From Psammoneis japonica (taxonomy: Eukaryota), in assembly GCA_008632985.1 (NCBI GenBank), contig QPGO01000010.1:372001-436000 (forward strand): 64,000 nucleotides of DNA. Reading direction: 5' to 3'. Under the pieces are notes generated by a model. It ran no database searches. It saw only the letters and a program-made list of their open reading frames with translations, and had not been told where the DNA came from. Numbering within the stretch: the stretch's first letter is position 1; each line of letters starts with the position of its first letter. Shown in pieces: positions 51,486 to 64,000 of this stretch. The position numbers and the translations under genes are program-made.

Positions 51486-52050
51486 GCGAGAGTTGTGATG
51501 AGATGCAGCAATGTCATGCTTCTTGAAAAGGGCAGCAATGTTGTGCTTCTTTTCATCGACAATGGAAAAGCATGACGGTCCCAGCAGTTTGCAACATTTT
51601 TCCAAAGACCAGCGCGGCAATTTCCGTTTGTCACATCGGGTGCGGAATTTTTGCATGAAGGGGGCCATGACGCATGCGCAAAAATTTGGGCGAATTTCAT
51701 GGGGGGCCTCAAGAAAATACGGTACAGCCCCCCCCCGCAAAATCACGAGATGTTTGTGCATAAATTTTGTAGAAGTACTATGTAGAAGGGAATGACCCCC
51801 CACCCTGCGATAGATAGATGTGGCGTGGGAAAAGAAAGAGCAGTGCAGACACTTTCGAATTTATGAATGGGCAATGTAACAGATGTCAAATGACCGAGCC
51901 TTCCGAGCAACCGTCATTATCACATTAAAAATACAGTATATAAAGTTACAAGCAACACAAAATATTATATACTGTACCATAATGTCAAACCTAAGTCTTG
52001 TGTAAGTCGTGACGAAAGTAGTAGATTTATGCCCATTGTGTCCCATACTT

Positions 52051-52480
52051 GCCGTGCAAATGCTCGCTCATCGATTTACTAACCCCGAGACGATTTCCGT
52101 TGAAAAATAGATGTTTATGAACACAACATAGCGCCCTGATGGAGGTTTAAAGAGGTCATCAGCAATCTTGTGGAAGAGGTCATTATCGAAAACAACGAAA
52201 ATGTTGAGCACAAAGAAATAAGCCCCTCATCTTTTCCCCATCACCTTCGTCCTCAGAACTGGATCCATTCTTACCAAATTGGTCCATACATCATTTGGCC
52301 TTGTGTTGTGGTTATTGAGGAACCACACTAATCAAGAAACTGATATAGAATACTCGTCGCCGAACTGTAATACTCAAGAGACTTGAAAAGGGAAAGTCGT
52401 TGTCCCGTCCTGTGCTGAAGGTGATCAGGAAAAACTCATTGTATTAGTTGAAGGAAACGCTGTTTGGCGATAGTCCTAAA
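52051..52480 (+). promoter_or_regulatory. Upstream region of mucin gene B (paralogous to 14375-14796)
   Basis: Collinear shared blocks with the gene A upstream region. Confidence 0.6.
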
Positions 52481-55400
52481 ATGAGGCTTTTAAGGGTGAG
52501 CTTGTGCCTTGCTTTGCTGCGCACAGGTTTGAGTCAGACTGAAGAAGCAAGTGACGTGCCTTCAACGATGCCTAGTGTTTTCCCTTCTGGCATACCATCG
52601 GGAGCGCCAAGTGATGTTCCCTCGACAATGCCGAGCAGCATGCCAAGCTCAGTGCCTTCATCGACTCCGTCAGAAGTTCCGAGTGGCGTACCTTCGTCGA
52701 CTCCATCCAGCTTGCCAAGCAGTGCTCCGTCGGGCATGCCGAGCAGCTCTCCTTCAGTGGTCCCCTCGACAAGCCCATCCGACATTCCCAGTGGCATGCC
52801 GAGTACAACGCCAAGCGACATGCCTTCAGGAGTACCGAGTGCCGTCCCTTCTGATCTTCCGTCCGTATTTCCGAGCAGCATGCCAAGCTCCATGCCTTCG
52901 TCAAATCCATCTTTGGCGCCATCGAGTCAGCCTTCGGAAGTCCCGAGTGCGGCACCAAGTGATATCCCCTCGACAAGTCCATCAGCTCGACCTAGTGATG
53001 TACCCTCTATGCAACCATCTACGGTGCCTTCGACAAGCCCGTCAGCTGTACCCAGTTCGACACCCAGTGATATCCCGTCGGCTAGTCCGTCATCCCAGCC
53101 AAGTGACACCCCTTCTGTGCAACCGTCTACGGTGCCATCAACAAGCCCGTCAGCTGTCCCGAGTTCTTCACCAAGTGATATTCCGTCGAATAGTCCATCA
53201 GCTGAACCCAGTAGAGAGCCATCCTCAACACCTTCAACGGTGCCTTCAATGAGCCCGTCAGAGGTCCCGAGCTCGGCACCGAGTGACATCCCGTCGACTA
53301 GTCCGTCAGATGAACCCAGTAGAGTGCCATCCTCGACACCTTCAGCGGTGCCTTCGACAAGCCCGTCAGAAGTCCCGAGTACTGCGCCAAGTGATAATCC
53401 GTCGACTAGTCCATCCGCTGAACCGAGTAATGTGCCATCCTCAACACCTTCAGCGGTGCCATCGACAAGCCCGTCAGAAGTCCCGAGTACAGCGCCAAGT
53501 GATATCCCGTCGACTAATCCATCAGCTGAACCGAGTAGCGTGCCATCCACAACACCTTCTGCCGTGCCTTCAACAAGTCCGTCAGCAGTCCCGAGCTCGG
53601 CACCCAGTGATATTCCGTCGGCTGGTCCGTCTGCAGAACCAAGTAGCGTGCCATCATCGACACCATCAGCGGTGCCTTCAACAAGCCCATCAGTAGTCCC
53701 GAGCGCGGCACCCAGTGATATCCCGTCGAATAGTCCATCAGATGAACCGAGTAGAGTGCCATCCTCAACACCTTCTGCCGTGCCTTCAACAAGCCCGTCA
53801 GTAGTCCCGAGCGCGGCACCGAGTGATATCCCGTCGGCTGGTCCGTCAGCAGAACCCAGTAGCGTGCCATCCTCGACACCATCAGCGGTGCCTTCAACAA
53901 GCCCATCAGTAGTCCCGAGCGCGGCACCCAGTGATATCCCATCGACTAGTCCATCAGCTGAACCGAGTGGCGTGCCATCCTCGTCACCATCAGATGTGCC
54001 TTCAACAAGCCCGTCAGCGGTCCCGAGCATGGCACCAAGTGATATCCCGTCGACAAGCCCATCAGCCGAACCCAGTAGCGTGCCATCCTCGACACCTTCA
54101 GCGGTGCCTTCGACAAGCCCGTCCGAAGTCCCGAGTACTGCGCCCAGTGATATTCCGTCGGCTGGTCCATCCAATCAACCAAGTGATGAGCCTTCTCTGC
54201 AACCGTCTATGGTGCCTTCAACAAGCCCGTCAGCTGTCCCAAGTTCGGCACCAAGTGATATCCCGTCGACTAGCCCATCAGCTGAACCCAGTAGCGTGCC
54301 ATCCTCGACACCTTCAGCGGTGCCTTCAACAAGCCCGTCAGAAGTCCCGAGTACTGCGCCCAGTGATATTCCGTCGATTAGTCCATCAGCTGAACCGAGT
54401 AACGTGCCATCATCGACACCTTCAGCGGTGCCATCGACAAGCCCGTCAGAAGTCCCGAGTACTGCGCCAAGTGATATCCCGTCGACTAATCCATCAGCTA
54501 AACCGAGTAGCTTGCCATCCTCAACACCATCAGTCGTGCCTTCAACAAGCCCGTCAGTGGTCCCGAGCTCGGCACCAAGTGATATCCCGTCCGATAGACC
54601 ATCCGCTAACCCGAGTAGCGTGCCATCCTCGTCACCTTCATCCGCGCCTTCGACGAGCCCGTCAGAAGTCCCGAGCTCGGCGCCGAGTGACATCCCGTCG
54701 AATAGTCCGTCCGATGAACCCAGCAGAGTGCCATCCTCGACACCTTCAGCGGTGCCTTCGACAAGCCCGTCAGAAGTCCCGAGTAATGCGCCAAGTGATA
54801 ATCCGTCGACTAGTCCATCAGCTGAACCGAGTAATGTGCCATCCTCGACACCTTCATCTGTGCCGTCGACAAGCCCGTCAGAAGTCCCGAGTACTGCGCC
54901 AAGTGATATCCCGTCGACTAGTCCATCAGCTGAACCGAGTAGCGTGCCATCCGCAACACCTTCTGCCGTGCCTTCAACAAGTCCGTCAGCAGTCCCGAGC
55001 TCGGCACCCAGTGATATTCCGTCGGCTGGTCCGTCTGCAGAACCAAGTAGCGTGCCATCCTCGACACCATCAGCGGTGCCTTCAACAAGCCCATCAGTAG
55101 TCCCGAGCGCGGCACCTAGTGATATCCCGTCGACTAGTCCATCAGCTGAACCGAGTAGAGTGCCATCCTCAACACCTTCTGCCGTGCCTTCAACAAGCCC
55201 GTCAGTAGTCCCGAGCGCGGCACCCAGTGATATCCCGTCAGCTGGTCCATCAGCTGAACCCAGTAGCGAGCCATCCTCAACACCTTCAAAGGTGCCTTCA
55301 ATGAGCCCGTCAGAGGTCCCGAGCTCGGCACCGAGTGACATCCCGTCAACTAGTCCGTCAGATGAACCCAGTAGAGTGCCATCCTCGACACCTTCAGCGG

Positions 55401-58400
55401 TGCCTTCGGCAAGCCCGTCAGAAGTCCCGAGTACTGCGCCAAGTGATAATCCGTCGACTAGTCCATCCGCTAAACCGAGTAATGTGCCATCCTCAACACC
55501 TTCAGCGGTGCCATCGACAAGCCCGTCAGAAGTCCCGAGTACTGCGCCAAGTGATATCCCGTCGATTAGTCCATCAGCTGAACCGAGTAGCGTGCCATCC
55601 ACAACACCTTCTTCCGTGCCTTCAACAAGTCCGTCAGCAGTCCCGAGCTCGGCACCCAGTGATATTCCGTCGGCTGGTCCGTCTGCAGAACCAAGTAGCG
55701 TGCCATCCTCGACACCATCAGCGGTGCCTTCAACAAGCCCATCAGTAGTCCCGAGCGCGGCACCCAGTGATATCCCGTCGAATAGTCCATCAGCTGAACC
55801 GAGTAGAGTGCCATCCTCAACACCTTCTGCCGTGCCTTCAACAAGCCCGTCAGTAGTCCCGAGTGCGGCACCCAGTGATATCCCGTCGACCAGTCCATCA
55901 GTTGAACCGAGTAGAGTGCCATCCTCAATACCTTCTGCCGTGCCTTCAACAAGCCCGTCAGTAGTCCCGAGCGCGGCACCCAGTGATATCCCGTCGGCTG
56001 GTCCGTCAGCAGAACCCAGTAGCATGCCTTCCTCTACACCTTCAGCGGTGCCTTCTACAAGCCCATCAGTAGTCCCGAGCGCGGCACCCAGTGATATTCC
56101 GTCGACTAGTCCATCGGCGGAACCGAGTAGCGCGCCCTCCTCGACACCTTCATCGGAGCCTTCAACGAGCCCATCAGCTATCCCGAGCTCGGCACCAAGT
56201 GATAGCCCGTCGACTAGTCCATCAGCTGAACCGAGTAATGTGCCATCCTCAACACCTTCAGCGGTGCCATCGACAAGCCCGTCAGCTGTCCCAAGTACTG
56301 CGCCAAGTGATATCCCATCGACTAATCCATCAGCTGAACCGAGTAGCGTGCCATCCTCGTCACCATCAGATGTGCCTTCAACAAGCCCGTCAGCGGTCCC
56401 GAGTAATGCGCCAAGTGATATTCCGTCGACCAGTCCATCAGCTGAACCGAGTAATGTGCCATCCTCGACACCTTCAGCGGTGCCTTCGACAAGCCCGTCC
56501 GAAGTCCCGAGTTCGACACCCAGTATTGCGCCGTCGACTAGTCCATCCGATCAACCAAGTGAAGAGCCTTCTTTGCAACCGTCTACGGTGCCTTCAACAA
56601 GCCCGTCAGCTGTCCCAAGTTTGGTACCCAGTAAAGTCCCGTCGACCAGTCCTTCAGCTGAACCAAGCAGCGCGCCATCCTCAACACCTTCCACGGTGCC
56701 TTCAACAAGCCCGTCAGCGGTCCCGAGCTCCGCACCCAGTAACATCCCGTCGACCAGTCCATCAGCTGAACCAAGTAGCGTGCCATCCTCAGCACCTTCA
56801 ACGGCGCCTTCAATAAGCCCGTCGGATGCCCCCAGTTCGGCACCCAGTGAGACGCCGTCGTCTAGTCCATCAACACAACCGTCTGTGGCGCCTTCATTAG
56901 GCCCATCAGCTGTCCCAAGTTCGGCACCCAGCAACATCCCGTCGATTAGTCCGTCAATTGAACCAAGTAGCGTGCCGTCATTGACACCGTCAATGGTGCC
57001 TTCAACAAGCCCATCAGCTCCCCCAAGTTCGGAACCCAGTGAGGCTCCTTCGACTAGTCCATCCGCACAACCGTCTGTGGCGCCTTCAACAGGCCCATCG
57101 GCTGTCCCGAGTTCGACACCCACCAGTGTCCCATCAACTAGTCCGTCAGTTGAACCAAGCAGCGTCCCATCCTTGACACCGTCAATGGTGCCTTCAACAA
57201 GCCCATCAGCTCCACCAAGTTTGGCACCCAGTGAGGCTCCTTCGACTGGTCCGTCCGCACAACCGTCTACGGCGCCTTCAACCAGCCCGTCAACTGTCCC
57301 AAGTTCGGCACCCACTAGTATCCCATCAACTAGTCCGTCAAATGAACCAAGTAGCGTGCCATCCTTGACACCGTCAATGGTGCCTTCAACAAGGCCATCA
57401 GCCCCCCCAAGCTCAGCTCCCAGTGAGGATCCTTCGACTAGTCCATCAGCTGTCCCAAGTTCGGCACCCACTGGCATCCCATCAACTAGTCCGTCAGCTG
57501 AACCAAGTAGCGTGCCATCCTTGACCCCGTCAATGATGCCTTCCTCAATCCCATCAGCCCCCCCAAGTTCGGCACCCAGTGAGGCTCCTTCGACTAGTCC
57601 ATCCGCACAACCATCTGTAGCGCCTTCAACAGGCCCATCAAATGTACCGAGTTTGGCACCCACTGGCATCCCATCAACTAGTCCGTCAGCTGAACCGAGT
57701 AGCGTGCCATCCTCGACACCTTCAATGGTGCCTTCCTCAATCCCATCAGCCCCCCCAAGTTCGGCACCCAGTGAGGCTCCTTCGACTAGTCCATCCGCAC
57801 AACCATCTGTAGCGCCTTCAACAGGCCCATCAAATGTACCGAGTTTGGCACCCACTGGTATCCCATCAACTACTCCGTCAGCTGAACCAAGCAACGTGCC
57901 ATCCTTGACACCGTCAATGGTGCCTTCAACAAGCCCATCAGCGCCCCCAAGTTCGGCACCCAGTGAGGCTCCTTCGACTGTTCCATCAGCCGTCCCAAGT
58001 TCAGCACCCACTGGCATCCCATCAACTGGTCCGTCAGGTGAACCAAGTAGCGTACCATCCTTGCCACCGTCAATGGTGCCTTCAACAAGCCCATCCGCTC
58101 CCCCAACTTCGGCACCCAGTGAGGCTCCTTCGAATAGTCCATCCGCACAACCGTCTGTGGAGCCTTCAAGCGGCCCATCAGCAGTCCCGAGTTCGGCACC
58201 CACTGGCATCCCATCAACTAGTCCGTCAGCTGAACCGAGCAGCGTGCCATCCTCGACACCTTCAATGGTGCCTTCTTCAATCCCATCAGCCCCCCCAAGT
58301 TCGGCACCCAGTGAGGCTCCTTCGACTAGTCCATCCGCACAACCGTCTGTATCGCCTTCACGAGGCCCATCATCTGTACCGAGTTTGGCACCCACTGGTG

Positions 58401-61400
58401 TCCCATCAACTAGTCCGTCAGCTGAACCAAGCAACGTGCCATCCTTGACACCGTCAATGGTGCCTTCAACAAGCCCATCAGCGCCCCCAAGTTCGGCACC
58501 CAGTGAGGCTCCTTCGACAGTTCCATCAGCCGTCCCAAGTTCAGCACCCACTGGCATCCCATCAACTAGTCCGTCAGCTGAACCAAGTAGCGTGCCATCC
58601 TTGCCACCGTCAATGGTGCCTTCAATAAGCCCATCAGCGGCCCCGAGTTCGGTACCCAGTGAGGCGCCATCGAATAGTCCATCAGCGGGACCAAGTAGCC
58701 AGTTGTCCTCAACACCTTCAACGGCACCTTCGAGAAGCCCATCCATTGTCCCAAGTTCGCCACCCAGTGAGGCACCATCGACTAGTCCATCCACTCAACC
58801 AAGTGATTGGCCGTCTCTGCAACCGTCTTCGGTGCCTTCAACAAGCCCGTCTACGGTCCTAAGTTCGGCACCCAGCACAATCCCGTCGGCTAGTCCGTCA
58901 GCTGGACCGAGTAGCATGCCATCCTCAGCACCTTCAATGGTGCCTTCGACAAGCCCATCAGCTGCCCCAAGTTCGGCACCCAGCGAGGCGCTGTCGGCGA
59001 TGCCATCTGATGTACCCAGCGCAGTGCCAAGCAATGAGCCGACAGGCGAGTCAAGCGCTGCTCCAAGTGGATCCCCCAGCAACACACCTAGCGTGACACC
59101 ATCGTCCTCACCGTCGGCTATTTCCAGTGCCGCACCGTCTACACTCCATTCAGGGGCTCCGAGCAACGCACCGTCTGAAGAAGAAAGTTTATTGCCATCG
59201 AGCACACCGTCCAATGTACCGTCTGTAGTACCGTCATCAGCCCCATCTCTGGTTCCAAGCAATCCACCGTCTAGATCGGTGCCACCATCTTACTTACCGA
59301 GCGCAGTGCCGTCCTTGGCTCCTTCGTCGAGCAATGAACCGTCCATGGCACCGTTTTTCGCCCCCTCATCGGCTCCTAGCAATGCACCATCGTCGAAACC
59401 GTCGGCTGTGCCTAGTGCAGCACCATCAGACGCCCCTTCAGCGGCTCCAAGCGTAACGCCAACTGGAGGAGACAGTGTAGCGCCATCAACGGCTCCTAGC
59501 GACGCACCATCGTGGACACCATCGGCGGTGCCTAATGCGGCAACGTCAGAAGCCCCTTCAGCAGTTCCAAGCGTAACGCCAACTGGAGGAGACAGTGCAG
59601 CACCATCAAGGGCTCCTAGCAATGCCCCATCGTCGGAACCGTCTACTTTGCCTAGTGCGGTACCTTTCGACGCCCCTTCAACGGTTCCAAGCGTCACGCC
59701 AACTGAAGACAGTGCAGTGCCATCAATGGCACCCAGCAATGTACCATCGTCGAAACCGTCCGCGATGCCTAGTGCGGTACCATCAGGCGCCCCATCACCC
59801 GCCGCTGGAGGAGATAGTGAACTGGCATCAACGGCTCCTAGCAAAGTACCATCATCAAAACCGTCGACTGTGCCTAGTGCGGTACCATCAGACGCCCCTT
59901 CAGCGGCTCCAAGCGTAACGCCAACTGGAGGTGTCGGTGCAGTGCCATCAACAACTCCTAGCAATGCACCATCGAAACCGTCGGCTGTGCCCAGTGCCGT
60001 ACCGTCCACGCTTCCTTCAGCGGTCCAAGCAACGTACCGTCTGAAGAAGACAGTTCAATGCCATCAGGGACGCCGTCCAATGTACCATTTGCAGCACCAT
60101 CAACAGCACCTTCTCTGGCTCCAAGCAATTCACCGTCTACATCGGTGCCACCATCTAGCTTACCGAGCGCAGTGCCGTCCTTGGCTCCTTCGTCGAGCAA
60201 TGAACCGTCCATGGCACCGTTTTTCGCCCCCTCATCGGCTCCTAGCAATGCACCATCGTCAAAACCGTCGGCTGTGCCTAGTGCAGCACCATCAGACGCC
60301 CCTTCAGCGGCTCCAAGCTTAACGCCAACTGGAGGAGACAGTGCAGCGCCATCAACGGTTCCTAGCGACGCACCATCGGCGGTGCCTAGTGCAGCACTAT
60401 CGGACACACCTTCAGTGGTTCCAAGCGTAGAGCCAACTGGAGGAGACAGTGCAGCGCCATCAACGGCTCCTAGCGACGCACCATCGGCGGTGCCTAACGT
60501 GGCACCATCGGACGCACCTTCAGCGGTTCCAAGCGTAACGCCAACTGGAGAAGACAGCGAAGCGCCATCAACGGCTCCTAGCAATGCACCATCGTTGAAA
60601 CCGTCGGCTTTACCCAGTTCCGTACCATCCACACTCTCTTCAGCGGTTCCAAGCGCAACGCCAACTGGAGGTGTCGGTGCAGTGCCATCAATAACTCCTA
60701 GCAATGCACCATCAAAACCGTCAGCTGTGCCCAGTGCCGTACCGTCAACACTCCCTTCAGCGGTTCCAAGCAACACACCGTCTGAAGAAGACAGTTCAGT
60801 GCCATCAGGGACGCCGTCCATTGTACCATATGCGGTACCATCAACAGCACCGTCTCTGGCTCCAAGCAGTTCACCATCTACATCGGTGCCACCATCGAGC
60901 TTACCGAGCGCAGTGCCATCAATGGCTCCTTCGTCGAGCAATGAACCGTCCATGGCACCGTTTTTCGCCCCCTCATCGTCTCCTAGCAATGCACCATCGT
61001 CGAAACCGTCGGCTGTGCCTAGTGCAGCACCATCAGACGCCACTTCGACCGCTCCAAGCGTAACACCAACTGGAGGAGACAGTGCAACTCCATCAACGGT
61101 TCCTAGCGACGCACCATCGGCGGTGCCTAATGCGGCACCATCGGACACACCTTCAGTGGTTCCAAGCGTAACGCCAACTGGAGGAGACATTGCAGCGCCA
61201 TCAACGGCTCCTAGCAATGCACCATCGTTGAAACCGTCGGCTTTACCCAGTTCCGTACCATCCACACCTTCTTCAGCGGTTCCAAGCACAATGCCAACTG
61301 GAGGTGTCGGTGCAGTGCCATCAATAACTCCTAGCAATGCACCATCAAAACCGTCGGCTGTGCCCAGTGTCGTACCGTCAACACTCCCTTCAGCGGTTCC

Positions 61401-64000
61401 AAGCAACACACCGTCTGAAGAAGACAGTTCAGTGCCATCAGGGACACCGTCCAATGTACCATTTGCGGCACCATCAACAGCACCGTCTCTGGCTCCAAGC
61501 AATTCACCGTCTACATCGGTGCCACCATCTAGCTTACCGAGCGCAGTGCCGTCCTTGGCTCCTTCGTCGAGCAATGAACCGTCCATGGCACCGTTTTTCG
61601 CCCCCTCATCGGCTCCTAGCAATGCACCATCGTCAAAACCGTCGGCTGTGCCTAGTGCAGCACCATCAGACGACCCTTCAGCGGCTCCAAGCTTAACGCC
61701 AACTGGAGGAGACAGTGCAGCGCCATCAACGGTTCCTAGCGACGCACCATCGGCGGTGCCTAACGCGGCACCATCGGACGCACCTTCAGCGGTTCCAAGC
61801 GTAACGCCAACTGGAGGAGACATTGCAGCACCATCAACGGCACCTAGCAAGGCACCATCGTTGAAACCATCGGCTTTGCCCAGTTCCGTACCATCCACAC
61901 TCTCTTCAGCGGTTCCAAGCGCAACGCCAACTGGAGGTGTCGGTGCAGTGCCATCAATAACTCCTAGCAATGCACCATCGAAACCGTCAGCTGTGCCCAG
62001 TGCCGTACCGTCAACACTCCCTTCAGCGGTTCCAAGCAACACACCGTCTATAGAAGACAGTTCAGTGCCATCAGGGACACCGTCCAATGTACCATTTGCG
62101 GCACCATCAACAGCACCGTCTCTGGCTCCAAGCAATTCACCTTCTACATCGGTGCCACCATCTATCTTACCGAGCGCAGTGCCGTCCTTGGCTCCTTCGT
62201 CGAGCAATGAACCGTCCATGGCACCGTTTTTCGCCCCCTCATCGGCTCCTAGCAATACACCATCGTCGAAACCGTCGGCTGTGCCTAGTGCAGCACCATC
62301 AGACGCCCCTTCAGCGGCTCCAAGCGTATCGCCAACTGGAGGAGACAGTGCAGCGCCATCAACGGCTCCTAGCGACGCACCATCGGCGGTGCCTAATGCG
62401 GCACCATCAGAGGCACCTTCAGCGTCTCCAAGCGTGACACCAGCTGGAGGAGACAGTGCAGCGCCATCAACGGCTCCTAGCGACACACCATCGGCGGTGC
62501 CTAACGCGGCACCATCGGACGCACCCTCAGCGGTTCCAAGCGTAACGCCAACTGGAGGAGACAGTGCAGCACCATCAACGGCTCCTAGCAATGCACCATC
62601 GTCGAAACCATCGGCTGTACCATCAGACGCCCCTTCAGTGGTTCCAAGCGTAGAGCCAACCGGTGTAGACAGTGCAGCGCCATCAACGGCTCCTAGCAAT
62701 GCACCATCGTCGAAACAGTCGGCTGTGCCTAGTGCGTTACCATCAGACGCCCCTTCAGCGGTTCCAAGCGCAACGCCAACTGGAGGAGACAGTGCAGCGC
62801 CATCAAGGTCTCCCAGCAATGCACCATCGTCGAAACCGTCCGCAGTGCCTAGTGCGGTACCATCTGGCGCCCCATCAACCGCCACTGGAGGAGACAGTGG
62901 AACGGCATCAACGGCTCCTAGCAATGTACCATCGACGAAACCGTCGGCTGTGCCTAGTGCGGTACCATCAGACGTCCTTTCAGCGGTTCCAAGCGTACCG
63001 CCAACTGGAGGAGACAGTGCAGCGCCATCAAGGTCTCCCAGCAGTGTACCATCCTCGAAACCGTCGGTTGTGCCTAGTGCGGTACCATCAGACGCCCCTT
63101 CAGCAGTCCCCAGCGCGCCACCAACTGGAGAGGACAGCACAGCGCCATCAACACCTCCCAGCAGTGCACCATCGTCGGAACCGTCGACTGTGCCTAGTGC
63201 GGTACCCTCTAATGCCCCTTCAGCGGTCCCAAGCGTGTCGCCAACAGAAGGAGACAGTGCAGCGCCAAGCATCGAGCCGACAGGAAAGCCAAGCGGTATT
63301 CCCACTGGATCTCCTAGTAACACACCGAGCATGACGCCATCATCCTCGCCGTCGGGTGTGTTTGCCGTACCTTCTAAAATCCCAAGCAGTGTCCCAACGG
63401 TTTCACCGTCGGCCACTCCAAGTCGTCTTCCAAGTGCAGTACCTTCAGAAAAGCCTTCTTTTGCTCCATCTACGTCGCCCTCTGTTTCCAATGAGGTCGA
63501 CCCCCCAACAAATTTCATTCAACTGGTTCCTTCCGCAGATAACCCTACGCCAGCTGTGGTAGAGGAAGGAAAGCCCATGGTGATGAGATACAGCGTGTCC
63601 AACACCGGAGATCGTAGACTAAGAAATGTTCGAGTACGAGAGACTTCCAGTGCTCCTGTCTTTTATGAGAGCGGCGATTCGAATAATAATAACCGACTCG
63701 ATGTAAATGAGGTTTGGACCTACCGTGTCGAAAAGGTGGCTCAACCCGGCGATAACACAGTCAATTTGAGAGCCAGAGGCAGGGCAAGAAGGAGAAACTG
63801 GCGAGCAACGATATCCGAGGATTTCTTTGTTGTCGCATCGGCTGTTAACATAAACGTTACAGCAAACAATGGCAATGGCTTGACAATCGCACCAGGGGAG
63901 ACAGTTGTGTTTGATTACATTGTCACGAACGGAGGCAACGTTCCCCTCTCCAATGTTCAAGTGTATGATAGTACGCTCAATAAATTTCTGACGCTGGAAC
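52481..64000 (+). CDS. Giant secreted mucin-like adhesin B (paralog of gene A), more than 3800 aa, runs off the window; 1-bp frameshift at ~60024
   Basis: Same signal peptide [19 protein letters not shown] from ATG 52481. GCGGTCCAAGC at 60020-60030 versus GCGGTTCCAAGC in sister repeats. The shifted frame continues through PSxx repeats into the same DUF11-like domains ([14 protein letters not shown]…, from ~63550). Confidence 0.85.
52550..63490 (+). repeat. Coding minisatellite of gene B: 108-bp units, 2052-bp block recurrence, 633-bp distal units
   Basis: Off-frame ORFs recur at 53283 and 55335 (2052 = 19x108). ACCGTCAACACTCCCTTCAGCGG recurs at 60741, 61374 and 62007 (633-bp spacing). Confidence 0.88.

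Larger units (their letters stand above)
30080..51720. other. TpA- and CpG-depleted domain 3 (~21.6-kb transposon/pseudogene graveyard)
   Basis: TA and CG both rare across the core (about 32.2-50.8 kb); dense overlapping Cys/His-rich, Tyr-poor ORFs; contains several TE remnants. Confidence 0.9.

Noticed and set aside
30080..51720. Classical fungal RIP
   Set aside because: RIP raises TpA and AT content; here TpA is removed and TpG/CpA gained.
30351..51806. CAGGGTGG…CCACCCTG as terminal inverted repeats of one giant element
   Set aside because: Only an 8-bp match, with no recognisable TSD.
52448..60322. Both mucin ORFs listed as exactly 2624 aa
   Set aside because: Coincidence: gene B's ORF ends only because of the frameshift at ~60024, and both listed starts are upstream TTG codons rather than the ATG.
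59958..63518. Long minus-strand G/A/D/T/L-rich ORFs (1186 aa and others) opposite the mucin genes, plus Arg/His-rich off-frame plus-strand ORFs
   Set aside because: Shadows of the PSxx coding repeat; the signal peptide and folded domains are in the sense frame.

Overview
Eukaryotic nuclear DNA, most likely a (raphid pennate) diatom, judged from short GT-AG introns, CoDi-type Copia retrotransposons, HA-domain repeats and PSxx mucin proteins. The window alternates between two compositional states. Normal DNA holds a nucleotide-sugar transporter, an NB-ARC/STAND ATPase, beta'-COP (COPB2) and two giant paralogous secreted Pro/Ser-rich mucin/adhesin genes with bacterial-type C-terminal domains. 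Three blocks (~7.57-13.99 kb, ~23.47-28.0 kb, ~30.08-51.72 kb) hold dead transposons and pseudogenes in which the dinucleotide TpA has been almost completely erased, alongside the expected CpG decay. Conserved motifs, LTR pairs and tandem repeats show the direction of change is TpA->TpG/CpA (A->G after T on either strand; Tyr->Cys/His, Leu->Ser/Pro, Val->Ala, GTAAGT->GCAAGT). This is a domain-restricted, transposon-focused hypermutation of opposite polarity to fungal RIP, and is the strongest candidate here for an undescribed genome-defence or mutagenesis system. No enzyme for it is visible in the window. Several single-base frameshifts in otherwise intact genes look like assembly errors.
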